DNA of 64,000 nucleotides from Candidatus Latescibacterota bacterium (GTDB lineage Bacteria; Latescibacterota; UBA2968; UBA8231): NCBI GenBank assembly GCA_965248265.1, contig CBDFJF010000002.1, positions 3,776,001 to 3,840,000 of the forward strand, read 5' to 3'. Shown piece by piece: positions 30,893 to 41,041 of this stretch (position 1 is its first letter; each line of letters starts with the position of its first letter). The notes under the pieces were generated by a model. It saw only the letters and a program-made list of their open reading frames with translations, ran no database searches and was not told where the DNA came from. The position numbers and the translations under genes were made by a program.

Positions 30893-31224
30893 CTAACGGC
30901 CTTTGCGATTGCGCCTTAACAGGCGCACCTCCTCGCTCATCGACTCAATCTTCATGTTCTGCAGACGGACAATTTCGGCGTAGATTCGGGCTCGGTCATC
31001 CTGCATGTCCAGCGCCTTCCGCAGGGATTCAACGTTGTCGAGAATTCGCTCCAGATTACCCTCCTCATCGTCCCCTTGACCTTCCGCTCCTGGACTGAGA
31101 AGCTGGGCACTCTGCTTCAACTCACGCCATTTGTCATCGATCTGACTATCCAGAGCTTCCTCCTCGCCTTCGGTCGCCTTTCCCTGACTGACTTCGGTGC
31201 CTCCCCGCTCAAGGGCACGCGCGA
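30893..31224 (-). pseudogene. Headless 3' gene fragment; inferred C-terminus of the SH3/TPR protein at 45958
   Basis: Open frame ARALERGGTEVSQGKATEGEEEALDSQIDDKWRELKQ...LRRNRKGR* with no ATG/GTG/TTG start upstream of 31120. Joins in frame to 47122. Confidence 0.7.
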
Positions 31225-31360
31225 CACCGGCATGATCGTAGTCAGGATCACCGATGTGTCGACAGGAGAGATCGTAAAGCAGGTACCACCGCAGGAGCTC
31301 ATGGATGCTGACCTGAACATGGAGAAGATAGTAGGACTTCTCGTAGATGATGAAGGTTAA
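31222..31360 (+). pseudogene. flaG: 3' part of flagellar protein FlaG, 5' end missing here
   Basis: DTGMIVVRITDVSTGEIVKQVPPQELM...GLLVDDEG is the FlaG core motif, directly upstream of fliD. Confidence 0.8.
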
Positions 31361-31375
31361 TTGAATCAGTAGTTA

Positions 31376-31424
31376 ATCGGCGCGCCGGACAACTGGCAAT
31401 CTGGCGCGCCGATCCTGGCTTTTT
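31376..31424 (+). terminator. Hairpin (possible terminator or processing site) between flaG and fliD
   Basis: ATCGGCGCGCC...GGCGCGCCGAT 11-bp stem, with a T run 6 nt further on. Confidence 0.4.
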
Positions 31425-31514
31425 AGGACAGTTGACAAAAGAAGAGGCGGACCATCACGGGCAGTCGGCGGATGAATCGCCGGGCGCGTAACCGGTCTTA
31501 CCCAGGTAAATAGA

Positions 31515-34500
31515 ATGTCCCAAGGAATCAGCTTCTCAGGCTTAGGCTCCGGTTTAGACACGGACGCCATCATACGACAACTCACCGATATTGAGCGACG
31601 TCCGATCGGGCTCATCCAGACCCGGCAGGCGAGACTACAGCAACAGAAGGGTGTGATCCAGCAGATCAACTCTTCCTTGCTGACGCTGGCTGGTTCGGCG
31701 GAAAAGCTCTCCGATGAGGATCTGTTCTCCATCGTCAAGGTTTCATCCGATGACAATTCGCGCGTCTCCGTGTCGGCGACGAACGAAGCCGCGTCCGGCA
31801 CGTTCTCAGTCGAGGTGCTCGGACTGGCCCAGGCTCGTAGTCTGTCGACTCGTTCGTTCACAAGCTTGGACACCGCGCTCGCGCTCAGTGGCGAAATCGT
31901 CATCAACGACAAGGCAGTCGAGATAGCCTCAGATGACAGCCTGCTCGATATCCGCGACTCAATCAACGATTCGAATATCGGTGTCAACGCCCAGATTCTG
32001 AGCGTCTCCGACGCCGACAACAGACTTATCCTGACAGCCGATGTGGTGGGTTCGAAGGGCTTCGACATCAAGGATGCCAGCAGCACCGATGTGCTGGAGT
32101 CTCTGGGGTTCACCTCCAGCGAAACAGCGGTAAAGACGGTCTTTGCCAATGGGGCCCGGAGCGACCAGTTCCTGGAGGACACGACGGCAATCGGAACCCT
32201 TCTCAGTTTGAGCTCACCGGCCGCAGGAACCATAACCGTGGGCGATCAGACAGTCGATGTCGATCTGGCCACGGATTCGATCAACGACATCCGCGACAAA
32301 ATCACAGCGGCGGCGCCGACCGGTGTAACGGCAACGGTATCCTCGTCGAGTGAGGGCGGCTTGACTCGCTTTCAGCTTGAAATCGACGGTACCACGACCC
32401 TGGTTGACAACAGCGGCGTGCTGGAGACCCTTGGGGTCCTCAACAGCGGTGGTGGCATCGTCGATGAAATTATCGACGGAGCTGACAGCGATGTCTTCAG
32501 CAGCACGACGACGAACGTCGGAGCTCTGATGGGAATCGGAACGGCTCCCAGCGGCACGGTCCAGATCGCAGGGCAGGGAGTCAGCATCGATCTGAGTAGC
32601 GACTCACTCACCGCCATACAGACCAAGATCAATGATGCCGCAATCAGCGGGGTGACGGCCACGGTCACGAGTTCCAGTAGTGAAGAGGGGGGCAGCGAAT
32701 TTCGCCTGCGTATCGAGGGTACGACTGACTTCGTCGATGACGCCAATGTGCTAGAAAGCCTCGGCGTGATCGTCGGTTCGAACAGCGCTTTCGAGAGCGT
32801 TGCCCGCGTCTTGACGTCGGGAAATGGCAACCAGGAAAAGGGGGCCGTCCTCAACCCTGCCGGAAATGGCGCCGAGAGTTCTCAGCTGACCAGCGACACG
32901 GATGCGGCAGGGACCCTGGTCGGATCAAGTGCCGCCGGGACCGTCAATGTGGGAGATGCTCAAGTCGCGATCGATCTGACTACGGACTCTCTGAATGCTA
33001 TCCGAGATAAAATCAACGCCGCCGGCCCTACGGGTGTCACGGCGGTCGTCAACGTCGTCGGGCCTTCGGATTTCGTGCTGGAGATTCAAGGCACGACCGA
33101 TTTTGATGACCCGGACGGTGTGTTGGCAGCCATCGGCGTTGTCGGTGCCTCCAGTGCGCTCACGGCCAACACAAAGTTTGAAGATATTGCCGTCGCCAGC
33201 GTCGCTGATGGCGATACCATCACGATTTCGGGGACCGACCACGACGGCTCTCAGGTGTCGGGGACGTTCACGATCAACAGCGGCAGCCAGAGCGTCAATA
33301 ACCTGCTGTCGAATATCGAGCAGCTGTTCGGGAATGCAGCGAGCGCTTCCTTCGACGCCTCGGGCCGAATCGTGCTGGCGGATGATCAGGCGGGAGAAAG
33401 CGCTCTGTCGCTGACATTGGCCGCAAACAACGAGGGTGGAGGCAGTCTTTCTTTTGGGGCGATCTCGGCGACCGTTGAAGGGGCCGATGCACGCTCCTCA
33501 CAGCTGCAAGCGGGCGAGGACGCCACGTTCAAGGTCAACGGAATCGACCTGACGCGGGCATCGAATACGGTTGATGATGCGATTCAGGGCGTGACCCTGA
33601 GTCTGCTCGAAGCCGAAGTTGGTAAACTGGTGGACGTCACTGTAACCAAGGACGATACCTCCCAGGTGCGCTCGAACATCGAGGGCTTTGTGGCGGATTT
33701 CAACAATGCCATGGAGGTGATCGATGTGCAGATCGCTGTTGATCCGGACACGGGACAATCGGGTCCCCTGGCAGGGGATCCCACCATTCTGGGCGTGCAG
33801 TCCAGGTTACGCAATGTAATCGCGGGACAGATCGAGGGGTTGCAGGGCGGCCTGGATGCTCTTGTCCTCGCCGGCATCTCATTCGATCGCACCGGTCGAC
33901 TCCAGATTGACGAAGATCGCTTGACGAGTGCCTTGACCGACAACCTGGACCAGGTGCGGCAACTGTTTACTGCCCAGGGTAGTACGTCCGATGCAGGAGT
34001 TGCCTTCGTTGGCAGTACCAAGAACACGAGGGCTGGCTCCTACGATGTCGACATTACCCAGGCGGCCGTGAAAGCAGAAGTGCTGGGGACGACCGATCTG
34101 CTTGCCGGCCTTGCACAGGATCAGACGCTGACCATATCACAGTCCAACACCGAAAAATCAACAGAGATCGAACTCGAGGCCGGCGACACGATCGACGATA
34201 TCGTGGCCAAGATCAATGCCTCCGTGGACAGTGACGTAGCTGAAGTCAGGCGAGCCAGCATCGGCAACACCACGGACGGTACGGCCGCCATCACGGATAC
34301 CACACTGATCGGCCAGATATTCGGTTCCGGAGTCGTGGACGGGGACACCATACGCATACAGGGGACGACGCATAACGGGGATGCGGTGACCAGTACGTTC
34401 ACGATAGAGGACGTGAACACGAAGACGATGGGAGACCTGCTCGCTTCTGTTCGCAACACCTTCCAGGGAGACGTCAGTACGTCCGTCGATTCTGAAGGAC

Positions 34501-35186
34501 GCATCGTCGTCACCGACAACCAGATCGGCGCCAGCAGTTTGACGGTCACCCTGGTGGAGCAGAACGAAGGGGGAGGCAGCCTCAACTTTGGCAGCATAGA
34601 TGTCGCTGAAGAAGGAAGGTTGCCGATCGAGGTCGAGGCGTCGAATCAGGATGGTAAGCTCAAGATCCAACATACCAGTTTTGGCTCACGCGGTGGGTTT
34701 TCGATCGCCCAGAGCCTTGATCAGTTGGGCATCGCTGACGCCGAAGTCTCCGGCCAGGACGTGGAGGGGACCATCAACGGAGAGGCGGCACAAGGCGTCG
34801 GCCGCATTCTCACCGGCAGCGACGGCGACGACAACGAGAACACGACCGGTCTGGGACTGCGTGTGAATATCACTCCTGACGAGTTGACGGCGTCAGGAAG
34901 CCAGCACGGAACGGTCGGGCTCATCTATGGGGTGGGGCGTCAATTGGAAGATACCCTCTCCTTCATCACGGACAGCTTCGATGGCACCCTCACAAACCGA
35001 GAGCAGTCCATCGACGATACGCTCGAGAGTCTGGAGGATCAGATCAGCACACTCGAGCGCCGAGTGGCTCAATCGCGGCAGAATCTCGTGCGCAAATTCG
35101 CCTCCCTTGAAGGAAGCCTGGCCACCTTGCAGGCAGAGGGCAATTTTCTCACTCAACAGCTCGCTGGTCTGGCACCGAGGAGATAG
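31515..35186 (+). CDS. fliD: Flagellar filament cap protein, unusually large (1223 aa)
   Basis: ISFSGLGSGLDTDAII N-terminus, VNGIDLTRASNTVDDAIQGVTLSL, C-terminal KFASLEGSLATLQ. Confidence 0.93.
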   Translation: MSQGISFSGLGSGLDTDAIIRQLTDIERRPIGLIQTRQARLQQQKGVIQQINSSLLTLAGSAEKLSDEDLFSIVKVSSDDNSRVSVSATNEAASGTFSVEVLGLAQARSLSTRSFTSLDTALALSGEIVINDKAVEIASDDSLLDIRDSINDSNIGVNAQILSVSDADNRLILTADVVGSKGFDIKDASSTDVLESLGFTSSETAVKTVFANGARSDQFLEDTTAIGTLLSLSSPAAGTITVGDQTVDVDLATDSINDIRDKITAAAPTGVTATVSSSSEGGLTRFQLEIDGTTTLVDNSGVLETLGVLNSGGGIVDEIIDGADSDVFSSTTTNVGALMGIGTAPSGTVQIAGQGVSIDLSSDSLTAIQTKINDAAISGVTATVTSSSSEEGGSEFRLRIEGTTDFVDDANVLESLGVIVGSNSAFESVARVLTSGNGNQEKGAVLNPAGNGAESSQLTSDTDAAGTLVGSSAAGTVNVGDAQVAIDLTTDSLNAIRDKINAAGPTGVTAVVNVVGPSDFVLEIQGTTDFDDPDGVLAAIGVVGASSALTANTKFEDIAVASVADGDTITISGTDHDGSQVSGTFTINSGSQSVNNLLSNIEQLFGNAASASFDASGRIVLADDQAGESALSLTLAANNEGGGSLSFGAISATVEGADARSSQLQAGEDATFKVNGIDLTRASNTVDDAIQGVTLSLLEAEVGKLVDVTVTKDDTSQVRSNIEGFVADFNNAMEVIDVQIAVDPDTGQSGPLAGDPTILGVQSRLRNVIAGQIEGLQGGLDALVLAGISFDRTGRLQIDEDRLTSALTDNLDQVRQLFTAQGSTSDAGVAFVGSTKNTRAGSYDVDITQAAVKAEVLGTTDLLAGLAQDQTLTISQSNTEKSTEIELEAGDTIDDIVAKINASVDSDVAEVRRASIGNTTDGTAAITDTTLIGQIFGSGVVDGDTIRIQGTTHNGDAVTSTFTIEDVNTKTMGDLLASVRNTFQGDVSTSVDSEGRIVVTDNQIGASSLTVTLVEQNEGGGSLNFGSIDVAEEGRLPIEVEASNQDGKLKIQHTSFGSRGGFSIAQSLDQLGIADAEVSGQDVEGTINGEAAQGVGRILTGSDGDDNENTTGLGLRVNITPDELTASGSQHGTVGLIYGVGRQLEDTLSFITDSFDGTLTNREQSIDDTLESLEDQISTLERRVAQSRQNLVRKFASLEGSLATLQAEGNFLTQQLAGLAPRR

Positions 35187-35627
35187 ATGAATCAGGGCAA
35201 CAAGCAGTACCGGCAGGTCCAGATAAAGACGGCCAACAAGGGGAACCTCATCCTGTTGCTGTACCGGGGCGCGATCAAATTCATGAACAAGGCGATCGTC
35301 CAGTTGGAGAGCAAGGATCTGGAGGGCAAAGGCACCAGCCTGATGCGAGCCCAGGATATCGTGTTGGAGCTCATGTACTCTCTGGATGACAAGATGCTGG
35401 GGGAGGGCAATCCGTTGGCCGTAAATCTCCAGAGTTTATACCTATACGCTTATCGTCGTCTGGTGCATGCCAACGTTCATATGGATCCCAAGCCGATCGA
35501 GGAAGTCATCACACTACTGCAGAACCTTCTGGATGCATGGGAGAAGGTCGTGGCTAACGAGGGGAGCGGTGCAGATGACGACCATCCCGGGGGCGGCGGA
35601 AAAAGCACGCTGGTGTTGACCGGATGA
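35187..35627 (+). CDS. fliS: Flagellin export chaperone
   Basis: YRQVQIKTA..LILLLYRGAIKF, LAVNLQSLYLY and LLDAWEKV motifs. Confidence 0.93.
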   Translation: MNQGNKQYRQVQIKTANKGNLILLLYRGAIKFMNKAIVQLESKDLEGKGTSLMRAQDIVLELMYSLDDKMLGEGNPLAVNLQSLYLYAYRRLVHANVHMDPKPIEEVITLLQNLLDAWEKVVANEGSGADDDHPGGGGKSTLVLTG

Positions 35628-36055
35628 CGGATAATACCAATCACAGCGAAGTCGTTGCCATTCTGGATGCTCAGTACGATGACTATCGGGCTATGCTCGA
35701 TATTGGATCTCATCAGCGCAATTGCCTTTCCCGCAATGATTTACCCGGATTAGATGATAGCTTCAGGAAGATGCACAGGTGCATGGACCGGATTCGGCTG
35801 CGCAACTCGCGTCTTCCTCAGCACTGGCAGGAGACCGCTGATCCCGTGATTGCAGAGAGGCGTTCACATCTGCGTCAAATCATTGGTGAACTTGACAGGA
35901 TTCGACAGCTCAATGAGCAATCAGTTAGGGATTTGCTGCAGGAAACGAGGATGGACTTGAAACGCAGTCAACGTGGCCAAAAAGCGGTCAAGAACTATCT
36001 AACACACAAAGGTGTGCCTCCTCAGGAGGCGCGATTCTACGATGGCCGTAGATGA
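35624..36055 (+). CDS. Helical flagellar chaperone-like protein (FliT/FlgN-like)
   Basis: ATGA-coupled to fliS, helical, C-terminal ...NY...ARFYDGRR similar to the FlgN/FliT class. Confidence 0.6.
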   Translation: MTDNTNHSEVVAILDAQYDDYRAMLDIGSHQRNCLSRNDLPGLDDSFRKMHRCMDRIRLRNSRLPQHWQETADPVIAERRSHLRQIIGELDRIRQLNEQSVRDLLQETRMDLKRSQRGQKAVKNYLTHKGVPPQEARFYDGRR

Positions 36056-36174
36056 GATTCTACGATAGTGCCGTAGATGACAGAATGAGCCCGCGATGGC
36101 GACGAACCGGGGCTTTGTCAGATAGGCCGGTTTTTGGTATATTTGCCCCACAAATATCGACCAAAACTAATAGT

Positions 36175-36201
36175 TAAAGATTAGCTGTAGTCGGCCGATA
36201 T
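36175..36201 (+). promoter_or_regulatory. Sigma28 promoter of flgM
   Basis: TAAA-N15-GCCGATAT, a consensus match. Confidence 0.8.
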
Positions 36202-36293
36202 ATTAGATAGAGGCGGGTGACCGAGCGATTCGGTCATGCGGGCGTCTCTTCAGAGCAAAGGCGAGTATCACAGGTGGAAATGAGGTGGTTCCA

Positions 36294-36752
36294 ATGCGGA
36301 TAGACGGGTTACCCAACCAACCCAAAGTCACGCAGACCAATCAGCGCGGCGACGCGGCTCGAGCCAAGAAGGCTGGAGCTGGTCGAGGCAGTGATTCAGT
36401 CGAAATTTCCCAGAGCGCGCAGGATGTGTCCGACCTAACCGAGGCCGCCAAGACGGTTCCTGATGGATTGAATCCTCGCATTGGGGAGATCAAGGCAAAA
36501 GTTCAATCTGGGCACTACAACCAACGCCAGGTTATTGAGGAAGTCGCAGGCTCCGTGATGGAGTCCAGCGGCATGCGTCAGGTTGTTGGGGAAATCGCCG
36601 AAGTGAGGTCAGCTCAACGGAGTCTGGCGGACGTGCCTGATACCAGAGCAGATGTTGTCAGGGACGCGCAGCAGAAGGTGGCCTCCAAGTTTTACGATGA
36701 GCCTGAGGTCCGACAGGGCACTGCCCAGAATTTTCTGGATGAGATGATGTAA
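36294..36752 (+). CDS. flgM: Anti-sigma28 factor FlgM-like protein with duplicated C-terminal motif
   Basis: MRIDG..., DSVEISQSA and RIGEIKAKVQSGHY motifs; sigma28 promoter; GAGGTGG RBS. Confidence 0.75.
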   Translation: MRIDGLPNQPKVTQTNQRGDAARAKKAGAGRGSDSVEISQSAQDVSDLTEAAKTVPDGLNPRIGEIKAKVQSGHYNQRQVIEEVAGSVMESSGMRQVVGEIAEVRSAQRSLADVPDTRADVVRDAQQKVASKFYDEPEVRQGTAQNFLDEMM

Positions 36753-36786
36753 GATTGTCAACGATTACACCGCCGCAAGAGACGTT

Positions 36787-36813
36787 CGGGGCCCTCATGG
36801 GTCCCGTTTTTTT
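36787..36813 (+). terminator. Intrinsic terminator after flgM
   Basis: CGGGGCCC-TCAT-GGGTCCCG-TTTTTTT. Confidence 0.8.
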
Positions 36814-36975
36814 GTGCCTCCATCTCGTCCTGTGTCAGCGGTCCTTGGCTTGACATCGACCGAAGCCGGATTAAGTTCATAAGTCTTGGTGGCGCCTTTA
36901 ATCCATATAATACGCTGCCTTCAAACAGGCACCCTCCAGATCCTCTTCCTCCCTCCCCGCTGGCAGACTTGAATC

Positions 36976-38004
36976 GTGTTGAGTGAAGCCCTGAGCAACC
37001 GAGAGCGAGTGGTACTCGAAAGCCTCGTGCACGCCTACGTCGATAATGGCACGCCGGTAGGCTCGTCAACGCTGTCTAAGCGCGAGGGTTTCCAATTCAG
37101 TCCCGCGACGGTGCGCAAGGCACTGGCGAGCCTGGAGGAAAAGGGGTACGTGTCCCAGCCTCATACCTCCGCTGGCCGTCAACCGACGGACAAGGGGTAT
37201 CGATACTACGTTGAGCGGACCGTCAGAGACATTGCCACATTGCCCCCGGAGGAGGGCGAGAGTGTACGCCGCAAGCTGGAGCTGTTCCAGCAGCAAGGTC
37301 GAGTAGACGAAATCCACGGGCAGCTGGCCGAGATCGTCGGCGGAGTTTCTCACCAGCTGGGCATCGTGCTGGCGCCCAGGTTCGAAAGCGGAGTGGTGGA
37401 GCACCTCGACCTGGTCAGGCTTACAGAAACCAGGCTGTTGATGGTGGCGACCATTCAACAGGGACCGGTAAAGAGTCTGGTCCTGGAGGTCAGTTCCCGT
37501 GTGTCACGTCGGGAGTTGGAAGCTGTCCGCCAGCTACTGAATGAGCGCTTGGCCGGACTCGATCTCGATCAAATCCAGACAACCGCGCGCGAGCGAGTTC
37601 GGGGATCGCTGTCCGTCGGCAATCCGCAATTGCTGCGGGTCGTCGTCGATGAACTCGAATCCCTGTCCGGCAACAGTGGAGACGCCCTGCACGTCGCCGG
37701 GACGCGCAACATTTTTGTCCAACCCGAGTTCCGCGACTCACTCGAGGTAGCCGGCCTGATGGATCTGGTGGAGAGGAAGGATCCCCTGGCCGACCTGCTG
37801 TCGGGACGAGAGGGCGTTGTGGTTACGATCGGGGAGGAGAACCAGGTCAGTGAGATGCACTGCTGCAGCATGGTAACGGCAAGCTACGAAGCGAACGGAG
37901 CGACCGGCATAATAGGGGTGATTGGTCCGACGCGGATGCCGTACGAACGCCTCCTGGCGCTCGTCGATTATACGGCGTCTCGAGCAGCCGAGTTGGTCAG
38001 CTAG
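36976..38004 (+). CDS. hrcA: Heat-inducible transcription repressor
   Basis: PVGSSTL, SPATVR, QPHTSAGRQPTDKGYRYYV and GVIGPTRMPY motifs. Confidence 0.96.
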   Translation: MLSEALSNRERVVLESLVHAYVDNGTPVGSSTLSKREGFQFSPATVRKALASLEEKGYVSQPHTSAGRQPTDKGYRYYVERTVRDIATLPPEEGESVRRKLELFQQQGRVDEIHGQLAEIVGGVSHQLGIVLAPRFESGVVEHLDLVRLTETRLLMVATIQQGPVKSLVLEVSSRVSRRELEAVRQLLNERLAGLDLDQIQTTARERVRGSLSVGNPQLLRVVVDELESLSGNSGDALHVAGTRNIFVQPEFRDSLEVAGLMDLVERKDPLADLLSGREGVVVTIGEENQVSEMHCCSMVTASYEANGATGIIGVIGPTRMPYERLLALVDYTASRAAELVS

Positions 38005-38077
38005 TCACCAGGCAAGTCACCATGCACGGTCTGCCTGACCGCGACATCACAGAGAATCCCAACATCCGAGTTTTGAA

Positions 38078-38767
38078 ATGAGCAACGAAGCTGAAGAAGA
38101 GACCGATCCGTCCGTTACGGCCAATCCGGAAGAGGGAGAGGTTGCCGCCTCGGATCAAGAGTCCGCGGACGAGAGGGGTATATCCGGGGACGAGACCGGA
38201 GAAGAGGAAGGAACACCAGAAGAGCTCACTCCTGAAGACGAGTTGGCTCAGGCAAAGGGCGAAGCATCTGCCAACTACGAGCGCTATCTGCGTGCGGCTG
38301 CTGAGTTGGAGAATTTTCGCAAGCGCACTGTCAAGATGCGTGCAGATACCCGCGACGAGACACTCAGGGATGTGCTGGCACAGATTGCCCCGCTGCTGGA
38401 CAACATGCGGCGGGCACTCGGCCAGGATGTGGCTGATGGTGAGGCATTCAAGCAGGGGATCGAGCTGATCTTTACCCAATTTCAGGATATTCTGAAGGGG
38501 TACGGCCTTGAGGAAATCGAGGCTGTGGGGCAACCGTTCGATCCGAATGTGCATGAGGCCATGCTGGAAGTCGAAAGCCAGGATCAGCCTGCGGGGGTAG
38601 TGATCGAGGAGATGGAGAAGGGCTACAAATTGCGCGAGCGAGTCATGCGCCCTGCGCGTGTCGTCGTCAGCAAGGGGGCCGCGGCAGGCGATGGAGCGAC
38701 TGACGAAGTGGACGACGGCGGTGCCGGCGCAGCGACCGAAAACAACGACGAAACAGAAGCTGAATAG
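38078..38767 (+). CDS. grpE: Nucleotide exchange factor
   Basis: [21 protein letters not shown] and [19 protein letters not shown] motifs. Confidence 0.96.
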   Translation: MSNEAEEETDPSVTANPEEGEVAASDQESADERGISGDETGEEEGTPEELTPEDELAQAKGEASANYERYLRAAAELENFRKRTVKMRADTRDETLRDVLAQIAPLLDNMRRALGQDVADGEAFKQGIELIFTQFQDILKGYGLEEIEAVGQPFDPNVHEAMLEVESQDQPAGVVIEEMEKGYKLRERVMRPARVVVSKGAAAGDGATDEVDDGGAGAATENNDETEAE

Positions 38768-38796
38768 AGACCGGAAAGGTTGGAGGCGACAATAGC

Positions 38797-40782
38797 ATGG
38801 CAAAGGTAATCGGCATAGATCTTGGCACGACGAATTCGTGTGTGGCGGTGATGGAGGGCAAGGAGCCAGAGGTGATCACAAATTCGGAAGGCGGCCGCAC
38901 GACCCCCTCGATCGTGGGTTTTTCCAAGGATGACGAGCGTCTGGTGGGCCAGACGGCCAAGCGCCAGGCGGTGACGAATCCTCACAACACGGTATTCTCG
39001 ATCAAGCGCTTCATGGGTCGGCGTCACGATGAGGTGGGGCAGGAGTTGACGGAGGTCCCCTACGCGGTCTCCAAAGGGTCTCGGGACCAGGCCGTGGTCG
39101 AGATTGACGGCAAGGAATACACCCCGCCAGAGCTTTCTGCGATGATTCTGCAGAAGATGAAGCAGACGGCCGAGGACTATTTGGGAGAGCCGGTGACGCA
39201 GGCGGTGGTGACGGTGCCGGCCTACTTCAACGACTCCCAGCGTCAGGCGACGAAGGACGCGGGCACGATCGCGGGTCTGGAGGTGTTGCGGATCGTCAAC
39301 GAGCCGACGGCCGCCGCCCTGGCCTACGGCTTGGACAAGGGTGCGGGTCACTCTGAAAAGATCGCGGTGTATGATCTGGGTGGCGGCACCTTCGACGTGT
39401 CGATCCTTGAATTGGGCGACGGCGTTTTCGAGGTCAAGTCGACGAATGGGGACACCCACCTTGGCGGCGACGACTTCGACCAGCGGGTCATCGACTGGAT
39501 CGCGGATGAATTCAAGGGATCCGAGGGCATCGATCTGCGCAGTGACGCGATGGCCCTGCAGCGGTTGAAGGAAGCGGCCGAAAAAGCCAAGTGCGAGTTG
39601 TCGTCGGCCTCCCAGACGGAGATCAACCTGCCCTTTATCACGGCGGACCAGACGGGTCCCAAGCATGTGCAGATGAGCCTGACGCGGGCCAAGTTTGAGC
39701 AACTGGTGGACGATCTGGTGGAGCGCTCGCGGCGTCCCTGCCAGCAGGCCATCAAGGACGCGGGGCTGTCGGCCTCCGAGATCGGTGAGGTGATCCTGGT
39801 GGGGGGCTCTACCCGCATGCCCAAGGTGCAGGCGCTGGTGAAGGAGCTGTTTGAGAGGGAGCCGCACAAGGGGGTGAATCCGGACGAGGTGGTGGCCATG
39901 GGGGCGGCGATCCAGGCGGGGGTGCTCTCGGGTGAGGTCGACGATGTGCTGCTATTGGATGTAACGCCGCTGTCGTTGGGCATCGAGACCATGGGCGGGG
40001 TGATGACGAAGCTGATCGAGCGCAACACCACGATTCCAACTAAAAAGAGCCAGATCTTTTCGACGGCCGCCGACTCCCAGCCCTCGGTGGAGGTGCATGT
40101 GCTGCAGGGGGAGCGCGAGTTTGCCCGGGACAACCGCTCGTTGGGTCGGTTTCACCTGGACGGCATTCCGGCGGCGCCTCGGGGCACGCCCCAGATCGAG
40201 GTGACCTTCGACATCGACGCCAACGGCATCTTGAACGTGTCGGCGCAGGACAAGGGCACGGACAAGGAGCAGTCGATCCGCATTGAGTCTTCTTCGGGTC
40301 TGAGCAGTGAGGAAGTGGATCAGATGCAGAAGGACGCCGAGCAGCACGCCGAGGAGGATCAGCGTCGTCGGGCTCGGGTCGACAAGCGCAACGAAGCCGA
40401 TCAGCTGGTGTATCAGACGGAGAAGACCCTCACGGAGCTGGGTGACAAGCTGGAAGAGGGTGACCGCCAGCCGGTGGAGGCCGCCCTGGAGCAGATCAAG
40501 CAGGTATTGGCGGGGGCGTCTGACGGTGAATCAGGCGAAGGGAATTTCGATGAGGCGGCCCTGGACGCCGGCCTGGAGCAGCTCAAGACGGCCTCTCACA
40601 AGCTGGCCGAGATCATGTACCAGCAACAGCCACCAGAGGGGCAGGGGCCTGAGGGGGCGCCCCAAGAGGGGCCTCAGGGAGGGGACGCGACCCAGGCTGA
40701 GGGAGATCGACCAGGAGGCGAGGGTGCCGTCGACGCCGACTTTGAGGTTGTTGATGACTCTGAGGCGGAGGAGAAGAAGTAG
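38797..40782 (+). CDS. dnaK: Chaperone Hsp70
   Basis: [19 protein letters not shown] and GVNPDEVVA motifs. Confidence 0.99.
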   Translation: MAKVIGIDLGTTNSCVAVMEGKEPEVITNSEGGRTTPSIVGFSKDDERLVGQTAKRQAVTNPHNTVFSIKRFMGRRHDEVGQELTEVPYAVSKGSRDQAVVEIDGKEYTPPELSAMILQKMKQTAEDYLGEPVTQAVVTVPAYFNDSQRQATKDAGTIAGLEVLRIVNEPTAAALAYGLDKGAGHSEKIAVYDLGGGTFDVSILELGDGVFEVKSTNGDTHLGGDDFDQRVIDWIADEFKGSEGIDLRSDAMALQRLKEAAEKAKCELSSASQTEINLPFITADQTGPKHVQMSLTRAKFEQLVDDLVERSRRPCQQAIKDAGLSASEIGEVILVGGSTRMPKVQALVKELFEREPHKGVNPDEVVAMGAAIQAGVLSGEVDDVLLLDVTPLSLGIETMGGVMTKLIERNTTIPTKKSQIFSTAADSQPSVEVHVLQGEREFARDNRSLGRFHLDGIPAAPRGTPQIEVTFDIDANGILNVSAQDKGTDKEQSIRIESSSGLSSEEVDQMQKDAEQHAEEDQRRRARVDKRNEADQLVYQTEKTLTELGDKLEEGDRQPVEAALEQIKQVLAGASDGESGEGNFDEAALDAGLEQLKTASHKLAEIMYQQQPPEGQGPEGAPQEGPQGGDATQAEGDRPGGEGAVDADFEVVDDSEAEEKK

Positions 40783-40843
40783 GTGCGATACGTCCTAATA
40801 GTTGACTGCCATTGATTTGTGAAACTCTATGTGTCAGAGTCAT

Positions 40844-40874
40844 TTAGAGTTTTGTCCTTTGGCCAAAACTCTCG
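40844..40874. repeat. Palindromic element, copy 1 (upstream of dnaJ)
   Basis: TTAGAGTTTTGTCCTTTGGCCAAAACTCTCG. Confidence 0.7.
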
Positions 40875-41041
40875 ATGTTGATTGTATGCAATCAGATTAA
40901 AACATAGAAGCTCAACCAGATTAGAACTCAATAGGCAGGTAGCTGTTTTCGCTTTGCAGGACAGGAACTGCTTTTAAGTGAGAGGCAAGTCTTTGATGGT
41001 TCAATTCATAGAGCTTGCGTGCTTCGAACTAATGGAAATGA

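Noticed and set aside
31076-31221. N-terminal half of the 94-aa ORF 31076-31360 as a real FlaG N-terminus
   Set aside because: It is the exact antisense of the minus-strand coiled-coil fragment and does not resemble FlaG.
36753-36995. CIRCE operator upstream of hrcA
   Set aside because: The best candidate, CTGGCAGACT...GAGTGAAG, has the wrong spacing and several mismatches to TTAGCACTC-N9-GAGTGCTAA.
38623-39867. 414-aa ORF antisense to dnaK and similar long antisense ORFs (e.g. 13115-14221, 59147-60055)
   Set aside because: These are shadow frames of well-supported genes in GC-rich DNA, with no recognisable motifs.
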